A DNA stretch of 63,805 bases, counting the filler, from Octopus bimaculoides (taxonomy: Eukaryota), in the NCBI RefSeq assembly GCF_001194135.2. It is 5 parts of 5 records of this genome, joined end to end, with 100 filler letters (N's around TTAATTAATTAA, not from the genome) between each part and the next. Parts side by side here need not be neighbours in the genome. Positions count along the whole stretch, not along the records: positions 1 to 29,366 come from NC_068983.1; 4 more parts are not named here. One strand, given 5' to 3'. Made by a program: the position numbers and the translations under genes. Of this stretch, positions 13,582-28,697 are shown piece by piece. Each line of letters starts with the position of its first letter. Position 1 is the first letter of the stretch. Below the pieces are notes generated by a model that ran no database searches, had not been told where the DNA came from, and worked only from the letters and a program-made list of their open reading frames with translations.

Positions 13582-16500
13582 NNNNNNNNNNNNNNNNNNN
13601 NNNNNNNNNNNNNNNNNNNNNNNNNNNNNNNNNNNNNNNNNNNNNNNNNNNNNNNNNNNNNNNNNNNNNNNNNNNNNNNNNNNNNNNNNNNNNNNNNNNN
13701 NNNNNNNNNNNNNNNNNNNNNNNNNNNNNNNNNNNNNNNNNNNNNNNNNNNNNNNNNNNNNNNNNNNNNNNNNNNNNNNNNNNNNNNNNNNNNNNNNNNN
13801 NNNNNNNNNNNNNNNNNNNNNNNNNNNNNNNNNNNNNNNNNNNNNNNNNNNNNNNNNNNNNNNNNNNNNNNNNNNNNNNNNNNNNNNNNNNNNNNNNNNN
13901 NNNNNNNNNNNNNNNNNNNNNNNNNNNNNNNNNNNNNNNNNNNNNNNNNNNNNNNNNNNNNNNNNNNNNNNNNNNNNNNNNNNNNNNNNNNNNNNNNNNN
14001 NNNNNNNNNNNNNNNNNNNNNNNNNNNATATATATATATGTTGTGTGTGTGTGCTAAGGATGGAAAGATGTGTGTTAAGTGAAGAAAGAGCTTGCGATTA
14101 CAGGAACCAACATTCTGTACTCTTGGATATTTGACAACTTATCGAATAGTTGCGTACAGAAAGCAGCACGGGAGAAAATACATATGCTTGGAACCTAGCC
14201 ACAGTTGTTAAAGTAGAATTATAAAATTGAAGCGTACCAGTTAGAATAATTACTTAGAAAATATGAAAATAAGGATATTAAAATGTTTCTTTTATTAGAA
14301 ACAATGGAGTGTCTTTTTTTTATAATACCTGAATCTATCTATCTCCATTGGCCAATACGAAATCATTGCTTAATACGTAAACGGAAACTGCAAAGCCACA
14401 AAGTGGCAGAATCGTTAGCGTGCCGAATAAGATGCTTAGCAGCATTTCGTCCGTATTTTATGTTTTGAGCTCAAAATCCGCCGTCGTAGGCGTTAACATT
14501 CATCCTTTCGAGGTCGATAAAATAAGAACCAGCTGAACATAGGGGTCGATGTAATCGAATTCTCCACTCTCCCGAAATTGTTGACCTTGTGCTAAAATTT
14601 CAAATCAGTATGTATTCGACCAACACAGATTTACTTAATGGAAAATATTTCAGTTTTACTTCTCCTGTGCAGTGTGCTTGTTTTATTATCATAGCATTAC
14701 AAATCCTTGTGCAGATCTTTAACATATACTGGTGATAATTTCCGGCCATACCAACCTCTTGTCTGTGGTTACGCCAAGAATCTCAATTGCGTTATCTTGT
14801 AAATTCTAGCTTTCTTCGGAGCTACAATTATTTGGTTGAGCTTGTTTTATGAAAGCTCAACCAAATAATGGCAACTCAGAAGAAGGCTCGTAGGATTATT
14901 CCATTATAAGGTATTGATACTACAAATAATCTTCCGATCTTACGAAGCAGAAGCTAGTTGACTGGATCAATGAGTGTCCACGAAATTTTCCCTGTTCTGG
15001 TAGTTGACTGATGTTTGCTATCGAACACCAAACTGTGAGGAAGAAGAGAAAAATATCTAACTTTGAGACAGTGCAGCAGTGGGAGCTACTTCGGGCGATA
15101 GGATAGAGATTTCTAATCACTGAATGCACAGACACCCTATTGATCTCACAGTCCGAAATGCAATGAATCAATGATTGTATCGTTCAAAGCCTATTAGGAA
15201 CGAGGCTATTTACAAAAGCGTGACGTAAACGAATCAAATGATCGATGAGGTCATCGTTGGATCGTATATACTCACACACACACACATTTTATATTCACAC
15301 ACACACACACACATTTTATATTCACACACACACATTTCTTTTTATAAACATATAAAAAGAAACTCGATATTTACAGTTTAGCACAGTTTCCTTCATTCGA
15401 ATAAAATCTGTATCTATTTTAAAGGTATGTGAAAATAAAATATAATGCTGACTCCAGTCTGATTAGAACTCGATATGCATTTGTTCTGGATCAGTTACGA
15501 TAAAATATGCGGCGATGACTCAGTGCCTAAGCTAACGGCTCCGACATGACTGTTTACTCTAGATTTAGTAAGTTGATTACCAACCTTTAGAAATGTAAAT
15601 TAAACATGTGCTCTATTTTCTTGTATTCCACTAATTACTGCTTTCAAATACCGGTTGCGTTTTTATATTACATTTCAATTCATGCTGGGTCAATAAAATA
15701 GTACCTGTTATGTACTGTTGTCAAATTGATCTCCTTTACGCTTCCTCTATTTGCCAAATAGGAGAAATCAATTTTTAATACAAATTTGATTTTCTGTCAC
15801 AATATTCAAAGGAGCTATGATTTTGTATGAAGTAGTTTTAACAGCCTGTCATATCTTAAATAACGTTATCACGTTATCGCATTTAATTTGTTTCCGCCAC
15901 GTCACAGTGCAGACTACTAGACTTTCAAACAGTTTCTAAATTGTTACCTTGTCAACTGCTTTCATTACTAATCCTGTTTTCAAACTGTTACACAAGCTAG
16001 AATTAATAATGCGTTTAAAACCTCACCCATTTCTGGTATAGTGTTGTTTTGTTTCTGTTTTTCAAAATAACACATCAGTATTTTACTTTTTTTTTTCTTG
16101 TTCTATTTCCTTTTAAATACTAATTTCACAATCTTTACTCTGCAACGAAAATTGAAAATCAGAATGATAATATTAGCTGTTTTTTGTTTAGTCATATAGA
16201 TGTGTTTTTCTATTAACGCAGAGCAACAAAACGAAGAAGCAAGTTCAATTTACCCTGTATAAGAATAGTTCTAAAAACGAAATGTTAAAAAGCGTTGTGC
16301 CCCATTATATTCTTAGTTTAAGGCGCTTCCAAGTCAAGCAGTCATATGGACATAACTACATCCACATTGAGGTTTAGGTCGAATTTGATCCCAATGAGAA
16401 GGAGTACCCAGATTGATATAATTGTTCTGGCGGCGGTCTTCAACGTTCTGTGCCAATTAAAACATTCTACACGTTTAAATAAAACTGCGACATATTTATG

Positions 16501-16759
16501 ATGGACTTCAAAATAACGATAATAGTTTAAACCCTAGCTTTATATGTGGCTATCGTTCAAGCGCATTCCAGTTTCGACAAAAGAATATATTTGGTTAAAA
16601 CTTGAATTAAAACACACGCACACATCACACACACACATGTATAATGGTATATCCATGATTTCAAGTGTGCAGGTGTGATTAGAAGGTGACAATGAATTAT
16701 CTGACCAGCTGTAATTCTGGTACAATTCACATGTATTAATGATCTCATTCCAATTTGTT

Positions 16760-16823
<64 letters not shown>

Positions 16824-17114
16824 CAAGAGAGAGAGAGAGAGCGAGAGACAGAGAGAGAAATAAAAATAAACACAAATATATTAAAATCCTACGCGCGTTT
16901 TACCATTACTCTTGCTTGGAGCCATGCGATAGAAGTTCTAAATGCATATAGATACTCAATCGTAATAGATCCTGAGGAAATACTTCATTGTGTGTGTATG
17001 TATATATCTAGTGTCTATATTTATTTACGTGTGTCAATACCATATATGTTTATATATGCGTGGGTGTATGTATGTATGTGTGTGTGAATATATATATATT
17101 CATATGTATTCATG

Positions 17115-17145
<31 letters not shown>

Positions 17146-20100
17146 ATTCAATTTTTGCTCATTAATAACCCTCTGGCTGATTCTATCTTGATAGTAATTA
17201 TTAGTTAATGTGTAAAAGTTACCATTGTTGGTGTTGCATTCTTTTAGATTTTCGTTGCATTCGTAGCCATCACCATAGATAATTCCTTAGCTTCTATCAA
17301 ATTTCACAACACCTTATAGAATCTTTGAGAGAAGTATATGTAACGATGAAAAAATATTTTGTGCTATTCAAGAAACACGTTTTCAATTTACATGAAAATG
17401 TCCCTCCCCCCTCCCTCTGTGAAATTATGTAGCTTGGCGTACATAGCAAACTATTGTAATGTAAATTGAAACTCAGCTGAGAAGGTATCTTTGGTTAGAT
17501 ATAGAAATGAATCGGATAACTTATTGTATTTCAGGTCAATATACCAGTGTGTGTGTGTGTGTGTGTTAAAGAATATATACCTATGTGCATGTATGTGCAT
17601 ATGCTTTTCTCGGCGCTTGATTATATGTTCGTCAACTCCATACGCACACACACACACCACACATACACACACATACATATACATATATATATGTATACAT
17701 ATACGTATATATTTATACATATACATATCTATACATTCATAGTTATATATACATATCTATATATATATATATATATATATNNNNNNNNNNNNNNNNNNNN
17801 NNNNNNNNNNNNNNNNNNNNNNNNNNNNNNNNNNNNNNNNNNNNNNNNNNNNNNNNNNNNNNNNNNNNNNNNNNNNNNNNNNNNNNNNNNNNNNNNNNNN
17901 NNNNNNNNNNNNNNNNNNNNNNNNNNNNNNNNNNNNNNNNNNNNNNNNNNNNNNNNNNNNNNNNNNNNNNNNNNNNNNNNNNNNNNNNNNNNNNNNNNNN
18001 NNNNNNNNNNCCCACCACCAGCAGCAACAGTAACAACATCAATAACAACAACAACAACAAAAACGAATAAAATAAAATGAAATAAAAATCAACAGTAACT
18101 GTAACATACACGAAGAGCACAGGAAAACAGAAGAACCAGTGGCAATGAGCTTCGGTCGGAGTTTAGTTTTAGTAAGCTAAGATATATGTGCAACACATGC
18201 AGTAAAGTAAGAGAAAAATAAATTGTCAGAAATGAATGCACTTGTTTCACCCCTACTCAGCGATAGGCGAACAGTTTGTATGTGTGCAACGTAAGAGTGT
18301 TTAGGCATCTATGTGCGTTTTGGTTATGTGTGTGAGAATGTGTGTATGGGTGGGCGGGTGTGAGTGTGTTTGGGTATGTGTGTCTGGGAGGCATGTGTGT
18401 TTGTGTGTGTTTGGGTGCATGTATGTGTAAAATGGAACAAAAGCGCAAGAAGAACATAAAAACAATCGGACAGATAGAAGATTTAAAGGCTGACAGGAGA
18501 GACAACAATTAGAAGGAACACAGAAAGAAAGAAGAGAAAATAAAGAATGTGTAGTGGGTAGCGATCTATCATGGCGAAATATATACATATATATATGTCG
18601 TGCAGCTACTGTTTATACCTCGCTCAGAGATTTATTATATATACATGTGTGTTTGTGTATGTCCGTGCATGTCTATGTTTCTAGATATGGGTAACCTATC
18701 AAAGAGAAAAATCTCTGTAATATGTCTTTTAGTAGATTCAGATCGGTGCTCAATGTTTAATACATTTTTAATTTTGCTTACATTTATTTATGACTATATT
18801 ATAAGTAAATATAGGTAGAACAAAATGTAACATACTGAAGCTGGATTATCAATATATACCAGCCTCTGATATTTTACTCTCTGATGACATGAAGAAATCC
18901 TCCAGCCTCGTGCATTCTAGATAATTGTCATAGTGAATCATTGATTTTCGATACTTACATGGAATGGGGTACAACAGCTTTAGGTGTGGATTCCATTCTA
19001 TATAATTCACATTCACCTTACAATTCATATCAATATATTAACATTATTTAAATGTGATGGATGTTGGTTTCAATAAACTGTGATATTTATCTGATATTAT
19101 CACTGAACTATGAAATACCAGGCTATAATTTTCATGCGAATTAATTATGAGGCGGTTTAAACCAGGTTACTCTCCTCTTCCTAGTTTTCCTTTGATAGGA
19201 AATAGGCATGAATTTTCAATACAAATAGCAAGAAGTCTCTTACTGAGAAAGTCTCTTTAATTACTCCATACAGCTGTAGGAAACCTTGTCAACAGTGTCC
19301 CATTTTAAGGATTTATCGGAGTTTCTGTTACTTCACCTATTTCATTTCTACTTATTGCAAATGTTCAGAGTTTGCGTATGTTAGCAGAGAATGTGACTTA
19401 TTTGAGATAAGTACAAATGGTTATAATTAACGTTTTTGGATTAAAATATAAACACTACTATTAACATGATAATAAAATTCCGCGATAAAGCATTGGATAT
19501 AAATGCAGGAAAACAGTACCTAGACAAAGGAACTACATGCATTCAAATCTCCTGCTGTCAAAATTTGTTATCACATATAACAAGGGGAATTTTGGATGTA
19601 TCCTCTGAAGGACGCGAGAAGGCATTTCGCTGCAAAAGCAATCCAATGATAAATTTTTGCTCGCAGACAAAATGGGGGAAATTACTTTGAACTATGAATG
19701 CCGTTTTCGGGACGTAGGCCGCGTGTATTTCTGTGTCATTGTCATCGTCAACAATGTATCCAGTATACAGTTTTTACAGACTATATCCAGTATTCGTATC
19801 TGGACGCGCAGTGACACAGGAAGACATGCATTCTGGGATACAGTGACAGTTTACGTCCAATGTGTTTTTCACACATTTTATACGCCAGGGAAATTTTCTA
19901 CTGAAACTGCTTCTCGAGAAAATGTTCTTCACACGCCTAAGTGTACACCGACATGTTAAATATGGCTATATATATATATANNNNNNNNNNNNNNNNNNNN
20001 NNNNNNNNNNNNNNNNNNNNNNNNNNNNNNNNNNNNNNNNNNNNNNNNNNNNNNNNNNNNNNNNNNNNNNNNNNNNNNNNNNNNNNNNNNNNNNNNNNNN

Positions 20101-21111
20101 NNNNNNNNNNNNNNNNNNNNNNNNNNNNNNNNNNNNNNNNNNNNNNNNNNNNNNNNNNNNNNNNNNNNNNNNNNNNNNNNNNNNNNNNNNNNNNNNNNNN
20201 NNNNNNNNNNNNNNNNNNNNNNNNNNNNNNNNNNNNNNNNNNNNNNNNNNNNNNNNNNNNNNNNNNNNNNNNNNNNNNNNNNNNNNNNNNNNNNNNNNNN
20301 NNNNNNNNNNNATATATATATATATATATATATATATAGAAACAATTATATATTCGCACAGACAGATGTCTCATGTCTCTATCATTTTCCAAACTTGACA
20401 GATTATTTTATCTCCACTTCTATTTTTGAACACTTATTATCTGCTTGACGTTTCCACTGATGGCTTTAGACTATATGACACGCTGTCAACTACACGCGCA
20501 CTTTCACTTCACCAACCTTACACCATTTGGTAATGCTAAATGTATATATGTGTCACGATAATAATAATAACGATGATAATAATAATAGTAGTAATAATGA
20601 TGAGAGGAATGTTTCACACCATTCCAGCGAATTAGATATAATATGAAGAAGATTCCAGCATCGTAATTTACACTCTGCTATATCGGTGGTTGGCGCAGCG
20701 GTCAATTGACCATTTCATTTCTAATTAACTTCCTGTTAATGCATACAATTCCCGCACTTTCAGCAGCAAATATTCTATCTGCCTTCTGCTGTCTTGGCTT
20801 CTGCAGTAAGTCTCTATATACACCTTTCTTTCTTTCTTCATTTTCCTTCCACTACCTCTTTCTTTGCACAATAGATCCTTCATCTCGCTGAAGTTCTGGA
20901 AATTGTCAATGTTATGCCTTTGTCAATCGAACAAGTTTCGGTCAGGTTCTATTAAGATCTTCTAAGGTCCACCGACCTTGCTTTGCAGATTGTTAAGAGT
21001 GCAGTAAATGAAATTACAAAATCCAATTAAAATATTATTGGATATAATGCAGATGGGAACTACAGAATAAGTGTCAAAGTTATCACACTTTTTGCTTCAA
21101 ACCCATCTAAT

Positions 21112-21164
<53 letters not shown>

Positions 21165-23339
21165 TATCATCATCATCATCATCTCATCATCATCATCATC
21201 ATCATCATCACCATCATCACCTTCTTCATCATCATCATCATCATCATCGTCATTCTGCACACCTGCCTTTATAATTATTTGTCTTATCACCTATATAATT
21301 CTCTACCTTCCTTTCTTTCCGAATCTATGTATTTTCGTGGAGAAGCGTTGCTTAGTAGTTCGGGTGTTGGATTCATGATCTTAAGACTGTGATTTATTCG
21401 TGATCGGAGTTGTTCGAAAACCGAGGTATTACTGTACTACGTTACTCATCGGTGTCACAAATAACAGCCATTTTCTATAGTAATGGAGTTCTTTAAGAGA
21501 AATTTCGCTGTTAATTCGCGCAATCATGTAAATCCTGTGATGATATGTTACCAAGATTTAATAATCATATTTCGTATGTCCTAACTATGTTTCTATTAAA
21601 ATAAGATAAAAAAAAAAACGAGATTGTTGACATACTTGCCAAATGATTAAATGCAATAAAATCAGACGTCCAAAGCCAAGAATCTTTCTGATAACAACTA
21701 TATTCTATGTTCTGTATGTTACAGATGTTATTTACAAGTACTAATACAAGACACATGTGTCTACTCATGTATGCAATATACATGTAGTATTTAAATAGAG
21801 AATATTCTACTCATGTATTAATATAGCCTCTTGGTTTTATTTCCTACAAGAAGGGCGTTCTATACACAGTAGAAATATGTGTATATATGCTTGCTTGTGT
21901 GTTATACGGTGATATGCTTATTTACTGAAAAGTTTTGCACGATGTTTAGAATACTATTTTCAACCTGGTGGTTGTCTTTACAAACCCGTTTAGTATGATT
22001 TTCAGGAATACACATGAAAACAGGAACATATAGAAACGCATTATGTAGTGATTCAATGATGTTTTAACCCAGTGAACTAGAAAAATGCCTGGTTGTTAGA
22101 CAGCAGAAAAACCTGTAATTTCAGGAAGAAACTTCTCGTTTAATAACAAGGAGAAAAGAGGAGTTTTTGTCCCTCCGCCTTCTTCTTGCTTTATTGAGAA
22201 ATATATTTCATGATATAAACGCTCAATTACATTATTGTTTATTGATCTAATATTTTACCGTAGTGTTTGATGAAGTGTAACTTACTTAAATAAATGAACG
22301 GAAAATAGCGGTAAATAAATGACAGGATACACATAACTTGATATTTATTTGAATTTAGTTACAATTTTAAATGACAAACATATATTTTCGTAAATACTAT
22401 AATCAAGGTTAGAGAAAACAAGTGGGAGAGTCGAAACATCATCGGTTACTTTGCTCTGCATTTTCCATTCTAAATCTCTACGGTTTAGGGGTTCAAATCT
22501 ACCGATGGCTAACTTCGTCTTTCATGCTTCTGGAGATCGATAAAGTGTGAATGTTACACTGCAGTTGATTTATTTTCTCTGTCTCTCTCTTTCTGTGTGT
22601 ATTTTTATGATTTAGAAGACATCCGCTGTTGCCAAGAGAGGGTTGGGTTTTGGAAAGTCTAAAATTGCTCAGAGCTTAACGGAATAACACGATGGAATCC
22701 CCGTAAACTGAATCAAGGATCTGGGAGCTAACGAAATAGAATGAAAAACATATATAATCTAAGACAGTAGTCTGGATTCTTCATAAGCCTGAATTTTACG
22801 AACGTCTGTCTAGAAACTTATGCTACATGCATCTGGGAGTTAGAATAGCTGAGATGATAGAAAATCGATTAAATGAGCTGCGCTGTATATTCTGAAATTG
22901 ACGTTTTAGTAAAAATGATTTATTAAAGAGGTCATTTTTGTTATAGCTCTAAATGAGAAATGAAAATGTTTGTTGTGGAGAGTTGATGTCAAATAGTCTC
23001 GGAGATTCAATGAAATCATTTACGCTTTTGTCCACTGAAAGTAAGCCATTAATTATAGTTTTTGTAGTAGAAGATAATAATTGATATGCCTTGCCATATA
23101 CACGCAGACAGACTTACGCACACAAGTAAAAACACCGAATAAAGACCAAGATTGGAGACGGGATTTAGGTACGTAGACAGATGAAAATGTCATCAATAAT
23201 ACTCTTCTAACACTGTCGACGCATGTAATTCGTAATTATAGACTGAAGTCGAAAACATAATCCATTATAGATATAAGATTTATGTTATCTATGTTAATCT
23301 TAGAACAAGGGGTTTGGAGATATATATTTTAATATGATG

Positions 23340-23765
23340 TGTGACTGTAGGGCGGCGAGGTGGTAAAATCGTTAGCACGGCGGGCTTTACTTTCTGAAGT
23401 GAAATTCTGCGGAGGCCGACCTTGGCTTCCATCCTTTCGGGATCGATAACAGAAATATTAGTTGGACATTGGGGTCGATGCAATCGACATATCTCCTCCC
23501 TTGAAATCGCTGGCGTTTGCCAAAATTTCAAACCAGTACGATGCCACATAGTAGAGCGGTGAGGTGGTAGAATCGTTATCATGCCAGGCAAAGTGGTTAG
23601 CAGCGTTTCATCTGTCCATCTTTACGTTCTGAATTCAAATTCCACCGAGGTCGACTTTGCGTTTCATCGTTTTTCGATCGATAAAATACGTACCAGTTGA
23701 GCACTGGTAATCGACTTTCCCCCTCCCCGAAATTACTGGTCTTGTGCCAAAATTTGAAAGCAGTA
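23340..23765 (+). mobile_element. Tandem pair of SINE family B copies
   Basis: Two colinear plus-strand copies with A/B-box-like heads. Confidence 0.85.
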
Positions 23766-23832
23766 TGATGCGGGGTGGTAATGCTGGTGCACCACACGCA
23801 TACTTGTGTGTGCGTGCGTGTGTGTGTTTTGT

Positions 23833-23863
<31 letters not shown>

Positions 23864-25327
23864 CATGTGTGTGCGTGTGTATGCTATGACGTTCATCCTA
23901 GAGTTGAGAGAATTTTTCTTTATGTTGATGCATTTTGTCTTTGCTTTTGAATGTGCAGACACTTTTCCCGTATTATCTATTTATTGGATGGCAACACGCC
24001 GTTTTGTTGACACACACACACTTGCCCACGTACAAACACATATACAAACAAGCATATGCACGCACATACAAACGTACATACACACGTACACACATTTATA
24101 AATATGTCTGTATAAGTGCGTGTGTGGTTCTATACTTATGACTAATCTATTGATTTGCGTATAATTAAATTTTGATTTGTTCAATATTCCCTGGATTTCT
24201 AATAACTCTGACACCATAGATTTTGTATTTCTTGGAAAGCAGGATATCTTATATTAGTAATCACCATTTTACCGCTGTCTCTTATAGCTTATTAAAGCTT
24301 CGAAGAGTTTTCCCAACACCTAACTTGATGACTTCATCAAATAAGCTACCATTTACTCACTCGCTTCTTCGCTAATTAACATGTTGCTAATCTTAAAGTA
24401 ATCACATTCGTCACAGCTAATTTGCAATACCATTCTCATGCACAGTATCTTAAATGTAGTGATAGAGAGAAACTAAGATGTACATGAAAACAAAGATTCA
24501 TACCTGCTTACATATTCACTCTTGTATGCTTGGCATGTACATACTTGTGTTGTGTGTGAATATGTGTATGGTTGTAGCCTTTTGATTATGTGTTGTGTTA
24601 AAATTTATCGAGGCGATCATTACGCTTGGGAAATACGAAGACTTTGTATATGTATATGTTGTAATAATCTTAATTATAAGCTGAAGTCCTACACTCTGTC
24701 ATTGCCAATGAACTACCTATCAATCATGTTGTAAAGTTAATGACCAGTGTTGCTATAGATTGTTGCACGTTAAACCATACTATATCATCAATTGCATCTA
24801 CGATGTATTATATGTTTTGAAAGAGTTATTTTTTTCTGCTGAAAAAGGCCTGTTATTTACCAAAGGTTCGTTATTGTACTGTATTTCATATAGTCTTTTA
24901 GCAATTGTATAGTTAATGTGTACGCACTAACTTTGACACAAATATTCTAGAAGTTATTATTAAAGAACATAATTTCTGAAAAAAATTACGCAGTTTCATA
25001 AAATATGCAGCCTAAATTTTAATTTCTGCTTCTGGCGTAAGGCACAAGTAATTTCAGTTAATACGTATAATATTCAGTTCTGATTCGAAATATTGCTTGT
25101 CCGTATGGTGTTGTTGTTGCTGATGTTCCCTCTTTATCTCTATGTCAACCCTATTCGAACAGACTGGTAATCAAAAGCGTTCGAACTGTGTCTCGCTCAC
25201 TATATAGGAGTTTGTAGAACTACGTTATGTAATGTGTTATTTCCTCATGTAAGACAGTAGCATGTAGTAATACAGTGACGCTAACAATTTGAAAACAGCG
25301 CCTATGTATATGTATGTATGTTTGCAT

Positions 25328-25390
<63 letters not shown>

Positions 25391-27027
25391 AAAGCGAGTG
25401 TCTCTAGATATATGAAGTAATGTCCAAACATAAATTTTAATTACTTCCAAAATAATTGGTTCTATTATATAACGAAAACGAGCTTTTGTTAACTGTATTG
25501 ATTTCAACACTCTTACAAGCTGAAGATAATTAGTTAAAATTTAGAAACTCACAAACTATTATAACATGCAATAGAACGGAGACTATTAAAATAAATACAT
25601 TTAGACGCAGATGATAACTTTCCTAGATTGGTCATGTAGTCATGTAAATATATACATGATGTTCTTAATAATTTTTAAAAAAAAAGATACGTAATAAAAT
25701 TTTCATAAAATAGAAGCAAATAATTTGGTTCCATATCTACCAATGAAATCAATATACCGGCACTTCATTTTATAGTTTCAGAAACCCTTTGGTTTCGATA
25801 TCTTCCGTTGTTGCTATTTGTTGCTTCTTTTGAAATTGGTGGTGAAATCTTGCACATAATATCTTTATAAAACGAGTAAACTTCCGAAATAAAATTTAAA
25901 AGTCTCAGTCAAGATTTGCGTTCAACATTTTATTATTTGGCTTTCAGACTGTTAGGCAGAATATCTTGAGAATCTGATGTTTAACAAAAAAGAAAGTCTC
26001 AAAACGCCTATAACGGCAGTTCCAAGAAATTAGTGTGTACGTTAAGGTCCTGAAGCGACCATAAATTGTGAGCAGTTACGTTAATGTATTAATGTCCACC
26101 ATAATGTCTTAAAGTAATTGTAATGGCCATGCAGAGAAAACACTGTTTATCAAAAGATTTTGAAGTAGTTGTAAATGCTGTCTTGCGGAGCTAATATCCA
26201 ACATTAAGTCTAGAAAAAGATATAATGGCTGCTCTGAGAAATTACTGTCTGCCATAAGAACTCGCAATGGTTATAAACTTCGTGATGTAGACTAGCATTA
26301 TGAACAGTTTCAAGACGATACAGTAGAGCTAATATCCAACACGAATTCTTCAATCTGTTAATAATGGTAGTCTTGGGGAATTAGTGTCAGCCATAAGTAG
26401 TCATAGCAGCTTTTCCGTCCAGGATAAAGCATTGACATGGCAATAATTATTGAGTTGGAAATTTATTGAAAAGAAATGCAAAATAGACATTTTAGTAATT
26501 AATTACGTTCAGAAAAGAAATATCTTTTATACATTGTTTATTATATATTTTATCAACCATTCACTCGAAGCAAGCAAGCAGATTCATTTTTTTTCTATCA
26601 ACTGCATAATATTCATTCATTATTTTTATATTGAAAAAGATGCGTACTAGGAAAACTTTGCTTCATTTATAAATTCTTTGTTTGAATTTTAGAGTTTGTA
26701 AACGAGTCATTTTCTTTAATTAGTTTCTGTGCAGCTATTCCGAATTCATTCCAATGTTAGTGTTGCGACAAATGGGAAAACAGAAAGGAAGAAGTAAACA
26801 TTTACGTTTAGTTCTTTCTTTTGTTTGCAATATTTAGGTCTACTTTATACACACACACAAGTGCACACAAACATATATGCATATACATATATTATAAATG
26901 TACCCCTCTCTCTCTTCCCTTCTCTCTCATTCAATCTTCTCATATATCCCCCGTTGACTTTCTGTTATATTTTGGTTTTATTGCTCTTGCCCACTGTCAT
27001 AGTATGCAGGCACATATCTGTCTGATA

Positions 27028-27070
<43 letters not shown>

Positions 27071-28272
27071 TATACNNNNNNNNNNNNNNNNNNNNNNNNN
27101 NNNNNNNNNNNNNNNNNNNNNNNNNNNNNNNNNNNNNNNNNNNNNNNNNNNNNNNNNNNNNNNNNNNNNNNNNNNNNNNNNNNNNNNNNNNNNNNNNNNN
27201 NNNNNNNNNNNNNNNNNNNNNNNNNNNNNNNNNNATATATATATATATATATATATAAGTTTGTGTATGTGTATACATACACACACACATACATAAGCTG
27301 ATTATTAGAAATGAATATGTGTTTGAGAGAGAGAGAGAGAAAGAAAAAGAAAGTAAAAGAAAGAAAGAAAGAGGTGGGGAATGACATTTAAGGTTTTTAT
27401 TTAAATTTCGATAATATATTAGGGAATGATTGATTGTTAACCAGTCATTAAAAGCGACGAGGTTATACAGTGGCAGTTATTTTATCACCGTCTATGTTTG
27501 TTCCCATGATATATGTATATTATCTGACTGATTTCAATCGGAAAAACGTTCGAATAAATTTCTGCAAATTTAAGTGAGATTCATTGCATTTCAACCGTTT
27601 ACAACTTTAATGTTTAAAGTTGTTTATAGGCAATAATTGCAATTCGTACTCTGAGTAAACTATGAAATATAGTTCGGAATCAATTCTACATACATATTCC
27701 TAGTAAAGTTTTCAGCACTAACAAATAAAACATACCTCCTTCTCTATTCCCTAGAAAACACCAAGCTTATGTATTTGCTATGCAAAAACTCGTTAATCAT
27801 ATCTATGATTAAAGACGTTTGTATGATAAATGTCTCATCTTAAAAGTCAGTATAAGACTGCATTATTTAATGAATTCCTTATATTTTTAGGAATAGTAAG
27901 TTTTTATTAGTGGGAGATTTGGCTACTACTTCTCGTACGTGCTACTACAAGCTCATGGTAGTAGATTATCTTACTGGAATAATCCAGGAAGATAATCATT
28001 TTAATTGCAAGAATAAATTCTGTGTAAGCACGCTCTACTTTGTTGAACAGAATTCTCTCTTTTTCGTTTAGTACTTATGTTTTCCAATGTTTGTATATTT
28101 CATTTGCCTGTTATCATATAATCAAACTCCTTTGTATCAGGCACGGTTTCATGGTTTGTTGCTTCTCACATATTGTAATAGATTTTCAGTAGTTTATATT
28201 TTATTAAACAATTTTCATAGAATTTATTATTTTATCTTAGACTTTGCTCCCCACAGAAATGTAAAAACATTT

Positions 28273-28483
28273 ACTCTTTTTACTCTTTTACTTGTTTCAG
28301 TCATTTGACTGCGGCCATGCTGGAGCACCGCTTTTAGTCGAGCAAATCGACCCCAGGACTTACCCTTTGTAAGCCTAGTACTTATTATATCGGTCTCTTT
28401 TGCCAAACCGCTAAGTTACGGGGACGTAAACACAGCACCATCGGTTGCCAAGCGATGGTGGGGGGACAAACACAGACACACAA

Positions 28484-28534
<51 letters not shown>

Positions 28535-28697
28535 TACGACGGGCTTCTTTCAGTTTCCGTCTACCAAATCCACTCAGAATGCTATGGTCGGCCTGCGGCT
28601 ATAGTAGAAGACACTTGCCCAAGGTGCCACGCAGTGGGACTGAATCCCGAATCATGTGGTTAGTAGCAAGCTACCTACCACACGGCCACTCCTGCAC
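28273..28697 (-). mobile_element. SINE family A, full-length bipartite copy with internal (CA)/(TA) microsatellite
   Basis: Colinear with the 32093-32510 copy over about 400 nt. Confidence 0.9.

Noticed and set aside
16330-16475. Coding-like stretch (QSYGHNYIHIEV*VEFDPNEKEYPD*YNCSGGG)
   Set aside because: Two in-frame stops, no splice signals and no recognisable family.
22947-23040. Exon-like segment with an A|GTAAGC donor (MRNENVCCGELMSNS...)
   Set aside because: Stops in all frames after the acceptor, no signal peptide and no recognisable motif.
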